29,424 nucleotides of DNA from Candidatus Altiarchaeota archaeon (GCA_043804895.1 JAZDIN010000062.1:1-29424), one strand, 5' to 3'. Positions 7,592-16,942 are shown, counted from the stretch's first letter. Numbers and translations are program-made. Notes: generated by a model from the letters alone, not told the origin.

Positions 7592-10134
7592 CAGAATACC
7601 TCGACAATCCTCACGTCCTCCATTAGTGGGTTTGTGGACTCGTTCGCAACGAGTTGGAGGCCTGGTGATGCCTTCACGTCAAGGACGTAGTCGACGTAGG
7701 GTTCCATGTAATTGAAGTAGTACTTTATGCTCTTCTTTTGCCCAGTATCAAATTGTACTATCGTCTTGTACGATTCCACCTGCCTTAGTGTCCGAGCCTC
7801 CGAGATGGAGACTGTGATGTTAGTGTCCATTCTTGGCCTCGGATTCTGGTAGGTTAATATTCCACTGCTCTTCCAACCCCCGTTCCTCGGGGCCCCAGCC
7901 ATCAGGTCACAGTTGAACCTATCCAATCCGACCACAGGATATGTGAGTTCCTTCACCTCGTTCTCGCCAAACTGTTCGTTGTTTAGGAGGTGGTAGGTTC
8001 TGTTGAACGTGTTGTTGCGTATCTCCACTGTTGAGATAATCATCCTTGCAGTTTTGGCTGCCCCGACGTTGATAGCTATCGCCCCCGCAATCGAGGAATT
8101 CATCTCAAGCGGCGTCGGCTCCAAATCGACCTCATAAAGCAGGTACTCCATGCCTGTCACAGGGTCGGTCTCGTTCCTGAGAAGCTTGAAGTAGCGGTCA
8201 GCTGTCTTATGCCTCAGCTTGTATATGGTGTATCTGTTTGAGAAGTCTATTGGTGGGACGTGGTCGGGCGTCATCACGAACCCCCCCATGATGCGGTAGG
8301 CGAGCCCGTCAACCCCTTTAACGACATCAAAGCTCTCGCTCTTGAGGAGTATGTAGCTGACATTGCTTTTTCTGAAATTCACTGCCGCCTGACGGTACGG
8401 CATCCACACCATGTCATGCACTCCCTTTTCTATTTTCGCCGGCGTTGAGACTGACTTGAGGCCTGACACGACCTCTGCCATGTAACCGTAGTCCCAGGCT
8501 GTGAGTATCCTGCCACCGTGATTGTTGTCCTTAAGCCATTTGAGGATGACGTAATCCCCCTCGGAGACCAGCCTCCTGCCCTCAAGTGTGTATATGTAGG
8601 CTAGGTTAGTGACGAACCCGGCCACCAGCACTAATGCGACGACGGCTAACACACGCTTATCGCCCACCCATTTGTATATGACGTAGAGTGTTGCAGCGAC
8701 CCCGAGGAGGAAAATCGAAGAGTATACTCCCCGAACGAACGGGTCGAACACCGCCCTTGACAAGGAGGCATATGAGAAAGCTAAAATCACAAGTGAGAAG
8801 AGGATTGCCGCGTTTAACCTGAACTGAGGATAGGAGAGGAAAAATGCGGCAAGAATGAATCCTGCGAACACCAGCACCCAAAACCACCAGGGGGCAACAT
8901 TCCAGGTCAAGATAGAATAAAGCGCCCCAAGGCATGAGATGGAGGCAATGAACACGGCGCCGACATTCCTCTCCAGGCCGTCCACAGTCACTCTCCTCTT
9001 ATGCTTGTAGAGGAAAGCCATCAGGACAGATAATGAAATGAGCATCACCAAGCCCTTCAAGACACCAACCCCTGAAGACAGGAGTGTGATTATCACGCCC
9101 GCGACAGCAGTTGTGAATGCAAGACTGCTGAAGACAATCCGTTTCAACTTAACACCCCAGTCCGCTAGCGCATACGCTAACAACATCGCTATCCCAATAT
9201 CCGAGATTCTCGTGCCACGGTCCATGACTGTAGCCATCATCAGCCCGAGTATGGTCAGCGTGATTCCGATTGTATCCTTCCTCCCGTATGCTGCGACGAA
9301 CGCGTACGGCAGAAGGAATATGAGCGGATTGTACCGCAGGAAGAATGTCAGAAGCCCCATGGGAACAACGTCTGCGCTGCCCATCCTACCCTGCGGCAGC
9401 CCCCCAAGTTCGCTCTCGAGTATGGCTGGGATAATCCTGCCGCCAAAGCCGAGGAGTAATGCGACCGCAAACGCTATGTATAGGGGGTAGAGTATATCAG
9501 CCATCCGTTTGCCGAGGAATTTACTTCGCAGGTACTCTAAGGTCGTGTACCCGACGTAAACACCAGCGACACCTATGCCGAACAAAATGGTATCGTTCAC
9601 CATTTTTGAAGCCTCAACCACAGCCACATACGCTAGAGACAATAGCAGACCCCTCCAAAACCCGGATTTGGCTGCCTTGACGACGAGCAATAGGCTGCCA
9701 ACCACTACTGCAAGCTGCAGGTGGTCGTGCGTGAATCCCATCAGACTCAAGGACAGCGGCTCAACCATCCCCCCGTATATCATCCCTGCGATGAAGGCTG
9801 TCTTGACATCATACAGTTGCCGCATGAGAAGGTAGAGGAGCATGGCTGTGAAGGCAGAAAGTAAGGCTGACAGCAAAACCACACCATACAATGTCATGTC
9901 GCCAGGCATCAGGGCCCCGACGAAACGCAAAATCCATGTCGTCGGGTCCCTGACACCGTTCGCTGGAAAATGAGTGCCATGAGCGACGCCTACATAAAGC
10001 CACGTCTCAACATGGTTCACAGCATGCCATCCGAAGCGTAGGATGAACACTAGGTCTAGCATCAGCCTAAAAGCAAGCGAAACAAGGAACACAACCGCAG
10101 CCGCGTTCTTCTTCAGGATAGAGTCAACCCTCAT
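7588..10134 (-). CDS. Divergent AglB/STT3-like GT-C membrane glycosyltransferase (oligosaccharyltransferase-like)
   Basis: Many TM helices, then a soluble domain with LKWLKDN...RILTAWDYGY (WWDYG-like); VETWLY, GFTHDH and GSADVVP at positions matching the catalytic motifs. ATG 10134 (TTG 10140 alternative). Confidence 0.7.
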   Translation of the reverse strand: MRVDSILKKNAAAVVFLVSLAFRLMLDLVFILRFGWHAVNHVETWLYVGVAHGTHFPANGVRDPTTWILRFVGALMPGDMTLYGVVLLSALLSAFTAMLLYLLMRQLYDVKTAFIAGMIYGGMVEPLSLSLMGFTHDHLQLAVVVGSLLLVVKAAKSGFWRGLLLSLAYVAVVEASKMVNDTILFGIGVAGVYVGYTTLEYLRSKFLGKRMADILYPLYIAFAVALLLGFGGRIIPAILESELGGLPQGRMGSADVVPMGLLTFFLRYNPLIFLLPYAFVAAYGRKDTIGITLTILGLMMATVMDRGTRISDIGIAMLLAYALADWGVKLKRIVFSSLAFTTAVAGVIITLLSSGVGVLKGLVMLISLSVLMAFLYKHKRRVTVDGLERNVGAVFIASISCLGALYSILTWNVAPWWFWVLVFAGFILAAFFLSYPQFRLNAAILFSLVILAFSYASLSRAVFDPFVRGVYSSIFLLGVAATLYVIYKWVGDKRVLAVVALVLVAGFVTNLAYIYTLEGRRLVSEGDYVILKWLKDNNHGGRILTAWDYGYMAEVVSGLKSVSTPAKIEKGVHDMVWMPYRQAAVNFRKSNVSYILLKSESFDVVKGVDGLAYRIMGGFVMTPDHVPPIDFSNRYTIYKLRHKTADRYFKLLRNETDPVTGMEYLLYEVDLEPTPLEMNSSIAGAIAINVGAAKTARMIISTVEIRNNTFNRTYHLLNNEQFGENEVKELTYPVVGLDRFNCDLMAGAPRNGGWKSSGILTYQNPRPRMDTNITVSISEARTLRQVESYKTIVQFDTGQKKSIKYYFNYMEPYVDYVLDVKASPGLQLVANESTNPLMEDVRIVEVFC

Positions 10135-11206
10135 TATCAAACTCCAGTGTTAAAATAAAACCATCCAACCCCTTAACGATACTGTGACTCTTCAGGCATT
10201 CGAGTATTTCACTGTCGCTTGCCCCTTTCCTCCGCTCCTCTTTGACGTATGACACGATGGCGTTGACTTCATTCATCGCCTGATAGAGGGTGTCTCCTTT
10301 CATCTTCTCGGCGCCAACTCCCTCCCTCGCCCTCGCAAGCGCATCCTCCTGCTTTTTAATTATCTCTCCTATCTTCTTCCTCTTTCCCGCTACATTGGAT
10401 TCGACATCAGCTTTGGATTGTTCTGACTCCCGCATGCTGAAGTACTCGTCCACGGCTTCGTTGAAAGTCTGGTATCCTTTGCCTCCTTTGCCGAACGGAG
10501 TCACATTATCCGCAGATAAGCGTGCTTCAACTTCTGAATCAGCTTGAAGAGTGAAATCACACAATGCATCCCATAACACGCTTCCGTCAGACTCACCCCA
10601 GCCTGCTTTAGGGTCGAGGCCTGCCTTGGCGCACACCTGCTCTGCGTAGAAGCCGCCGAGGCTGAATTTCGTCGCAAGCGTGGAGGCGACACCCCTGCCG
10701 GAGCCTGACATTACCTCTATGAATTTTACCTCATCAACCTCAAAGGGGTTGACGACCGAGGGCGGGTAATCGTAGGTCCTGCCGACGCCCAACACCCTGT
10801 CCCTCCACTTCTGCCAATCCAAGAGACCTAATATCTTCATGTTCTTGTCGCAGAGTATCACATTACCCTTGCTAAAGAGCTCCAGTATTAGGATGTGGTT
10901 GTCGAGGTGGAGTTCTATTATCCTGTCGAAGCCGTGCTGCACGACGTCCCGTACAAAGGACCCCCGGAGGTGTTTGCGCAACTGCATCACAAACGAATCA
11001 GGCCGCTCAGGAGCAGCCCTCTTGTAACGGGTCACGCAAATGAAGTTTGGGGCGCAAACGAGGTCGAGGGAACCTTTACCATAGAGTTTTATTAGAAGCT
11101 CTCGCTCCCCGACAAGGTATACCTTATCGACCCGGGAACCGAGAATCATGCCTTTAAGCTCCCTCACAAGCACCCTAAGGTCAACACTCGACAACTCGGT
11201 TTTCAC
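10124..11206 (-). CDS. rqcH: Ribosome quality control Rqc2/RqcH (NFACT) protein, N-terminal part only
   Basis: KTELSSVDL, P.SFVMQLRKHL, QHGFDRII, LILELFSKGNVIL, GGFYAEQVC, FNEAVDEYF, KGDTLY; about 360 aa with no NFACT-R domain. GTG 11206 is the likely start. Confidence 0.85.
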   Translation of the reverse strand: MKTELSSVDLRVLVRELKGMILGSRVDKVYLVGERELLIKLYGKGSLDLVCAPNFICVTRYKRAAPERPDSFVMQLRKHLRGSFVRDVVQHGFDRIIELHLDNHILILELFSKGNVILCDKNMKILGLLDWQKWRDRVLGVGRTYDYPPSVVNPFEVDEVKFIEVMSGSGRGVASTLATKFSLGGFYAEQVCAKAGLDPKAGWGESDGSVLWDALCDFTLQADSEVEARLSADNVTPFGKGGKGYQTFNEAVDEYFSMRESEQSKADVESNVAGKRKKIGEIIKKQEDALARAREGVGAEKMKGDTLYQAMNEVNAIVSYVKEERRKGASDSEILECLKSHSIVKGLDGFILTLEFDNEG

Positions 11207-11235
11207 ATTAATTAGTATTGTTCCCAATGTTTATT
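11207..11235. promoter_or_regulatory. Compact bidirectional promoter region (rqcH / R15P isomerase)
   Basis: 29-bp AT-rich gap between divergent starts, with ATTAATTA and TTTATT boxes about 25 nt from the opposite start codons. Confidence 0.45.
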
Positions 11236-12120
11236 ATGTCTGTCGGAGCCGTCGCAAGTAAGATTAGGTCGATGGAGGTGCGAGGCGCCCTGATGATTGC
11301 CGTGGCAGCAGCTAAGGCGTTAGAGGAGGAGATAGTTGACGGCTCATCTTATGATGAGCTTGTGAAAGCAGGGGATGTTCTCAAGGATGCGAGGCCTACT
11401 GCGGTTTCCCTACCTAATGCGGTAAATTATGTGTTATACCTGGCTGAGGAGCACAAGAGCGACGACCCCGCAATTGCTAGACCAATGCTCTTGGCTGATG
11501 TCGCTGATTTTATTTCAAGGCTTGAATCTTCGATTGGAAAGGTCGCGGAGATTGGGGCAGGCCTTGTCGAGGAGGGGGATGTCATACTCACCATATGCAA
11601 CAGCACAACGGTTGTCAACGTACTCAGGAAGGCATGGTCTGATGGAAAAAGGTTCAAAGTCTACGCCTGCGAGACGAGGCCGAGACTGCAGGGCCACATC
11701 ACAGCCAAAGACCTTGCAGCCGGCGGCGTGGACGTTACCTTGATAGTCGACTCAGCTGCATATCACACTATGCTGCACAAGGGCGTGAGGAAGGTCATGG
11801 TCGGCGCAGACACGGTTTACGCAAACGGTGATGTCGTTAACAAGATAGGCACAAGCCAGGTGGCTGCTGTTGGCAAACAAGCCGGCGTGGAGTTCATTGT
11901 CTGCACTGAGAGCATAAAATTCTCACCCTACGAGGTTGTGGAGATTGAGGAGCGCGACCCGAAGGAGGTCGCAGACATAAAAGGGGTTAAAGTCTTCAAC
12001 CCAGCCTTTGACGTGACATCAAAGGAATACATAAGCAAGCTAGTGACTGAATATGGTATAATTACGCCAGGCGAAGTGAATCAGATGCTGGCAGAAAAGT
12101 TCGGTTGGATGATAAAGTGA
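11236..12120 (+). CDS. Ribose-1,5-bisphosphate isomerase (eIF-2B alpha/beta/delta family)
   Basis: IRSMEVRGA, RPTAVSLPNA, LTICNS (catalytic Cys), ETRP..QG, VGAD, NKIGT, NPAFDVT. Confidence 0.88.
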   Translation: MSVGAVASKIRSMEVRGALMIAVAAAKALEEEIVDGSSYDELVKAGDVLKDARPTAVSLPNAVNYVLYLAEEHKSDDPAIARPMLLADVADFISRLESSIGKVAEIGAGLVEEGDVILTICNSTTVVNVLRKAWSDGKRFKVYACETRPRLQGHITAKDLAAGGVDVTLIVDSAAYHTMLHKGVRKVMVGADTVYANGDVVNKIGTSQVAAVGKQAGVEFIVCTESIKFSPYEVVEIEERDPKEVADIKGVKVFNPAFDVTSKEYISKLVTEYGIITPGEVNQMLAEKFGWMIK

Positions 12121-12602
12121 ACAGAGTAAGCGAGGCATTGGATGCGGTCTCGAAGGAGGATTCGGTGAAGCTGAGGGAGCTGGCCAGCTACTTCAGCGAC
12201 GATGCCGCCATCAGCCAGAAGGAGGAGGATATTAAGATGGCGATGATAACATACTGCCTCCACAAGATATTCATAAAGGTTCACATGAGGGAGAAGACTG
12301 AATGGCTTGTCGAATCTGTCATGAAACTCCTCTCAAATGGCGACTTGAACGGTGTACTGTCGGAGATAGAAGTATTCGACAGCCAAAACGGCCTCTTCGA
12401 GGGAGGACTCGTCGGGAAGGCGAGAATAAAGATAGCCGCCAGGATGCACAGCCGCGGTATATCTGTCACACAGTCTGCAAGCCTGACAGGAGCTGCCGTA
12501 GGCGACCTACTGGACTACGTCGGAGAGACGCGCGGTTACCAGCATAAAGAGGGGAAAACCATAGCTGAGCGGCTTAACAGGACGCGCGACATTTTCCGCT
12601 GA
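12117..12602 (+). CDS. Hypothetical protein with C-terminal HTH-like segment
   Basis: GTGA overlap with the upstream stop (TTG 12105 alternative); KARIKIAARMHSRGISVTQSASLTG...LLDYVGET. Confidence 0.7.
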   Translation: MNRVSEALDAVSKEDSVKLRELASYFSDDAAISQKEEDIKMAMITYCLHKIFIKVHMREKTEWLVESVMKLLSNGDLNGVLSEIEVFDSQNGLFEGGLVGKARIKIAARMHSRGISVTQSASLTGAAVGDLLDYVGETRGYQHKEGKTIAERLNRTRDIFR

Positions 12603-12667
12603 CCCTTTTTAAAGGCAAACTCCATAATGTTTGGTACTTAAGGGAAGGAGTGAATTGGGGTCTGGTT

Positions 12668-13414
12668 ATGTATCCTCAGGGTCCTGCGGCGTACGACCGC
12701 GCGATAACGGTTTTCAGCCCAGACGGCAGGCTATTCCAGGTGGAATACGCCAGGGAGGCTGTCAAGAGGGGCACCACAGCTGTCGGCATAATATACAATA
12801 CGGGTGTCATACTGGCTGTTGACAAGAACGTCACAAGCAAGCTCATAGTCCCGAAGAGCATTGAGAAGATATTCCAAATTGACGAACACATCGGCGTCGC
12901 CACCTCAGGCCTAGTTGCGGACGCGAGAAGGCTTGTCGAAGACGCCCGCGTGAGGGCGCAGAGGAACAGGCTCGTATACAGCGAACCTATAAGCGTATCA
13001 GCACTGACACGGGACATATGCGACATAAAACAGGCTTACACGCAGTACGGCGGAGCCCGCCCGTTCGGAACAGCACTCCTGATAGCAGGCGTGAACAGCG
13101 AACCGCACCTCTTCGAGACCGACCCGAGCGGGGCGTTCACCGAATTCAAGGCAGGCGCAATCGGAATGGGCAAGAGGGACGTTGAGAAACTCCTAGAGGA
13201 GAGATACAAGCCTGACATCGGAAGGCAGGACGCAATAAACCTCTCGCTGATATCATTGAGCAGCGTGTCAGAAGGGAAAATACAGGCCGAGAACGTCGAT
13301 ATGATATCGATTGAGGTCGGCGGGAAATACGCCCCAGTCAAAACCGCTGAGATAGGGGAGTCGATAAAGCGCCTTGGGAAGGAGCTCGAAACGCACGCGG
13401 AAAAGAAGGAGTAA
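12668..13414 (+). CDS. psmA: Proteasome subunit alpha
   Basis: YDRAITVFSPDGRLFQVEYAREAVKRG signature; YGGARPFG; ETDPSG. Confidence 0.97.
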   Translation: MYPQGPAAYDRAITVFSPDGRLFQVEYAREAVKRGTTAVGIIYNTGVILAVDKNVTSKLIVPKSIEKIFQIDEHIGVATSGLVADARRLVEDARVRAQRNRLVYSEPISVSALTRDICDIKQAYTQYGGARPFGTALLIAGVNSEPHLFETDPSGAFTEFKAGAIGMGKRDVEKLLEERYKPDIGRQDAINLSLISLSSVSEGKIQAENVDMISIEVGGKYAPVKTAEIGESIKRLGKELETHAEKKE

Positions 13415-13433
13415 GGATCATCAGTCAATTCAT

Positions 13434-13513
13434 CATACCGCACCAAGGATGTGCGGTATGAACTTACGAACAGGGATTACGCGGCTTGAAAGCCGCGGTA
13501 TGTCTGTTCGTAA
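13434..13513. repeat. Intergenic tandem hairpins (palindromic element family)
   Basis: CATACCGCAC-caaggat-GTGCGGTATG (13434-13460) and a long stem TTACGAACAG...CGCGGCT-tgaa-AGCCGCG...CTGTTCGTAA (13464-13513). Confidence 0.65.
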
Positions 13514-13549
13514 TCATCTGCCTCTTATGTGTGGATGGGGAAGCAAGAG

Positions 13550-14248
13550 ATGGTAACATTAGATGAAGCCGTCATAGTAAGACTCAAGACTCACGGAGAG
13601 ACGTACGAGATATTCGTCGACGCCGACAAGGCCATGAAGTACAGGGGCGGCGAAAACGTCAGCCTCGAGGACGTCCTAGCAGTTGAACATATATTCAAGG
13701 ACTGCAAGACCGGGGAGAAGGCCAGCGAAGAGCACGTCAAGGACCTGTTCAAAGTCAAAGACGTGAAGGAGGCCATAAAGGAGATACTCCTGAAAGGCGA
13801 ACTCCACCTGACCACAGAGCAGAAGAGGCTGATGCACGAGGAACGCAGAAAACAGATTGCGGGGATAATAGCCAGGAACGCGATAAACCCGCAGACGAAG
13901 ACCCCCCACCCCCTCGCGCGAATCGAAGCTGCAATGGAGGAGGCCCGCGTCGAAGTCGTGATATCGAAGAGCGCCAACGAGCAGGTCGAGAAGGTAGTCA
14001 AGGCATTGAAGCCGATACTGCCCATAAAGTTCGAGAAGATAGAGGTGGCTGTGCAGATACCGCCAGCCTATGCAGGCAGACTCTACCACATCCTAAAGGA
14101 GATGGGGGAGTTGAAGAAGGAGGAGTGGAAGGGCGGGGAACAGTACTGCCTGATAGAGATCCCGGCAGGAATACAGGATGAGTTTTACAGCCGCTTAAAC
14201 GGCGCAACACACGGCGAAATCAAAACTAAGGTAATCAAAAATGAATAA
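13550..14248 (+). CDS. sdo1: Ribosome maturation factor SBDS/Sdo1
   Basis: MVTLDEAVIVRLKTHGETYEIFVD, IFKD.K.GEKAS, INPQTKTPHP..RIE.AMEE, IPAGIQ. Confidence 0.95.
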   Translation: MVTLDEAVIVRLKTHGETYEIFVDADKAMKYRGGENVSLEDVLAVEHIFKDCKTGEKASEEHVKDLFKVKDVKEAIKEILLKGELHLTTEQKRLMHEERRKQIAGIIARNAINPQTKTPHPLARIEAAMEEARVEVVISKSANEQVEKVVKALKPILPIKFEKIEVAVQIPPAYAGRLYHILKEMGELKKEEWKGGEQYCLIEIPAGIQDEFYSRLNGATHGEIKTKVIKNE

Positions 14249-14918
14249 CGTGAATGACAGGGACCTTGTGCTCCCAGGACAACTCATTGGAGAGAACCTG
14301 CGGTGCGACAACTCATGCAGGACAGAGAACGGAAAGACATACTCGCTCGTCAAAGGACTCGCCAGATTCGAGGAAAACGGCGTTTCAGTTATACCCCTGG
14401 ACGGGGCCTACATGCCGAAAGTCGGGGACGTTGTCGTCGGCGTGATAGACACTGACTTCGGAGGAGTCTACGCAGTTGACATAAAAGCCCCCTACAAGTG
14501 CATACTAAGGCCGCCCAAGGACATGGACTCCCGCGGCGGAAGAGGAGGCGGCCCAAGGAGGGATGAGGGGCCAAAGGAGACGTATAATGTCGGTGATTTG
14601 ATAAGCGCTAAGATATCGTCCGTTGACGAGATTAAGGAGGCTCAGCTTACCGGGCCCTTGAGGCTTGATTCAGGCTACGTAATCAGTGTGAAACCAAAAA
14701 GGGTCCCGAGGATTATAGGGAAGAAGAGGTCCATGATAGACCTAATACGCCAGTACAGCGGATCACGGATAGTGGTCGGCCAAAACGGCCTAGTATGGTT
14801 TAAGGAGGGGAACCTACCCCTCGCAGTTGATGCGATAAAGAAGGTGGAAGCCGAAGCGCACACCACAGGCCTCACCAACAGGATGGCTGAGTTCCTGAAA
14901 TCAGGTTCGAAATTGTGA
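14241..14918 (+). CDS. rrp4: Exosome RNA-binding cap protein Rrp4 (S1+KH)
   Basis: [48 protein letters not shown]. Confidence 0.93.
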   Translation: MNNVNDRDLVLPGQLIGENLRCDNSCRTENGKTYSLVKGLARFEENGVSVIPLDGAYMPKVGDVVVGVIDTDFGGVYAVDIKAPYKCILRPPKDMDSRGGRGGGPRRDEGPKETYNVGDLISAKISSVDEIKEAQLTGPLRLDSGYVISVKPKRVPRIIGKKRSMIDLIRQYSGSRIVVGQNGLVWFKEGNLPLAVDAIKKVEAEAHTTGLTNRMAEFLKSGSKL

Positions 14919-14922
14919 AGTG

Positions 14923-15648
14923 ATGGAAATGAGCGGAAAAAGCGACTTGAAGTTGATAAACAATGGCGTCCGTTATGACGGGCGGAAGTTTGACGAGATG
15001 AGGCAGATAAAGATGAAGGTCGGCGTCCTAAAGAACGCCCAAGGTTCAGCCTACGTGGAGTGGGGTAGGAACAAGGTGCTGGCAGGCGTTTACGGCCCGA
15101 GGGAGATGCACCCGAAGAGGCTGCAGAACCCAACCGAGGCTACGGTGCGGCTGACATACAACATGGCCCCGTTCAGCGTGGATGACAGGAAGAGGCCAGG
15201 GCCTGACAGGAGGAGCGTTGAAATCAGCAAGATATCCAGCGAAGCTCTGACTAACGTAGTCCAAGTGCACCATTACCCGAGCGCCGCCATAGACGTGTTC
15301 GTCGAGGTGCTGCAAGCCGATGCAGGGACACGATGCGCCGGGTTGACCGCCGCATCACTCGCGCTCGCTGATGCTGGGATACCGATGAAGGACCTTATCG
15401 CCTCATGCGCAGCAGGTAAGGTCGACGGCGAGATAGTCCTGGACCTTATGAAGGAGGAGGACAACTTCGGCGAATGCGACATCCCCATGGCAGTGGTCCC
15501 GCGCACAGGAGACATAGTCCTATTGCAGATGGACGGTAAACTGACCCAGGAGGAGTTCAATAAGACTGTTGATATGGCGTACGGAGGCTGCCTTAAGGTT
15601 TATGAACTGCAGAGGAAGGCGCTGTTGGAGAAGGAGGTGCCACAATGA
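14923..15648 (+). CDS. rrp41: Exosome catalytic subunit Rrp41
   Basis: [47 protein letters not shown]; start could be 14920, 14923 or 14929. Confidence 0.96.
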   Translation: MEMSGKSDLKLINNGVRYDGRKFDEMRQIKMKVGVLKNAQGSAYVEWGRNKVLAGVYGPREMHPKRLQNPTEATVRLTYNMAPFSVDDRKRPGPDRRSVEISKISSEALTNVVQVHHYPSAAIDVFVEVLQADAGTRCAGLTAASLALADAGIPMKDLIASCAAGKVDGEIVLDLMKEEDNFGECDIPMAVVPRTGDIVLLQMDGKLTQEEFNKTVDMAYGGCLKVYELQRKALLEKEVPQ

Positions 15649-16421
15649 ACATAGAATACTACCTGAAGAGGGACTACATAACAAACGTAATATCACAAGG
15701 CAAGAGGATAGACGGGAGAGCATTTGATGAGATGAGGCAGCTAACGATAACAAAGGGCTACGCAGCCGATAAGGCGTGCGGCTCAGCCTACGTCAAGCTC
15801 GGAGACACTGAAGTCATTGCAGGAATCAGCATGGACGTCGGAGAACCATACCCTGACCAGCCGACCTCAGGAATCATGTCAACGTCCACGGAGTTCAGGC
15901 CGATAGCCTCGCCTCAGTTCGAGTCAGGCCCCCCAAGGGAAGACGCGATAGAGGTTGCGAGGGTTGTCGACCGCGGAATCAGGGAATCGAAGATGATGGA
16001 TATGGAAAAGCTCGCCATAGACGCGGAGAAGGTGTGGGCTGTGTTCATAGACATCCACATCCTCAACCACGACGGGAACCTCATAGATGCATCCGGTATA
16101 GCCTCAACGGCAGCCATATTGGACTGCCGCATGCCAAAGCTAGAGAATGGAAAGGTCATAAGGGGCGAATGGGCAGGCAAACTACCGCTCACATGCACCC
16201 CAATACCGATAACCTTCCACAAGATAGGCCACTCGATAATAGTTGACCCGACAATTGAGGAAGAATATGCGATGGACGCCCGCCTGACAGTCACGACGAC
16301 CGATACCCTAAATGCGATGCAAAAGGGAGGCCTCGGCAGCTTCACCATGGACGAGGTCAAAGACTGCGTTGACAAGGCGTTCAAAACCGCGCCCAAAATA
16401 AGGTCAATAGTTGAGGGATAG
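15645..16421 (+). CDS. rrp42: Exosome subunit Rrp42
   Basis: [43 protein letters not shown]. Confidence 0.96.
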   Translation: MNIEYYLKRDYITNVISQGKRIDGRAFDEMRQLTITKGYAADKACGSAYVKLGDTEVIAGISMDVGEPYPDQPTSGIMSTSTEFRPIASPQFESGPPREDAIEVARVVDRGIRESKMMDMEKLAIDAEKVWAVFIDIHILNHDGNLIDASGIASTAAILDCRMPKLENGKVIRGEWAGKLPLTCTPIPITFHKIGHSIIVDPTIEEEYAMDARLTVTTTDTLNAMQKGGLGSFTMDEVKDCVDKAFKTAPKIRSIVEG

Positions 16422-16457
16422 GGCTTTTAAACGCAAAATACCTACAGTATAGGCACG

Positions 16458-16706
16458 ATGTTCACCCACACAAAAAAGGTAGGAAGCCTCGGCAGATACG
16501 GGCCAAGAATAGGCCGCAAACCAAGGTATGAGGCGCTTAAGATAGAGACTGAGTCTAGGAAGGCTAGGAACTGCCCGACCTGCGGTAGAGGAAAACTCAG
16601 GAGGGAGGCAGCTGGAGTGTGGAAGTGCAAGACATGCGACTACACATTCACCGGCGGAACCCACATACCAGTAATAAAAAGAGTGGTTTCTGAGGAGGAG
16701 AAATGA
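16458..16706 (+). CDS. rpl37ae: 50S ribosomal protein eL43 (L37ae)
   Basis: TKKVGSLGRYGPRIG, CPTC...GVWKCKTC..FTGG zinc ribbon. Confidence 0.95.
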   Translation: MFTHTKKVGSLGRYGPRIGRKPRYEALKIETESRKARNCPTCGRGKLRREAAGVWKCKTCDYTFTGGTHIPVIKRVVSEEEK

Positions 16707-16855
16707 CATACGTCTGCATAGAATGCGGTGCCGAATACGAGTACGACGACCTCTTGAAGAGCAAGATGAAATGCAACTCGTGCACTGAGAAACGAAGCAA
16801 CATCTGGATCAAGAAAAGACCTGAGAACATAACGAAGGACGTAATCGCCAGATAG
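16703..16855 (+). CDS. rpo12: RNA polymerase subunit Rpo12 (RpoP)
   Basis: Below the ORF-track cutoff. MTYVCIECGAEYEYDDLLKSKMKCNSCTEKRSNIWIKKRPENITKDVIAR; ATGA overlap with eL43; canonical position in the operon. Confidence 0.9.
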   Translation: MTYVCIECGAEYEYDDLLKSKMKCNSCTEKRSNIWIKKRPENITKDVIAR

Positions 16856-16860
16856 GCGAC

Positions 16861-16925
16861 CGCAGCCCTAGGCTGCGCTATTCCAAACACGCTCAACTCA
16901 ATTACCCTGCAGCCTAAGGCTGCAG
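16861..16925. repeat. Pair of related intergenic palindromes
   Basis: CGCAGCC-cta-GGCTGCG (16861-16877) and TCAATTACC+CTGCAGCC-taa-GGCTGCAG (16898-16925). Confidence 0.65.
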
Positions 16926-16942
16926 AACCTCGCGTGTTTGTA

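Noticed and set aside
11236-12120. Methylthioribose-1-phosphate isomerase MtnA or a true eIF-2B subunit
   Set aside because: The MEVRGA/RPTAVSL/CNS pattern and lack of the MtnA HCNAG.LAT segment fit R15P isomerase better.
14521-14531. 10-nt match CATGGACTCC between the rrp4 insert and element copy B
   Set aside because: Too short, with no flanking similarity or hairpin; likely chance.
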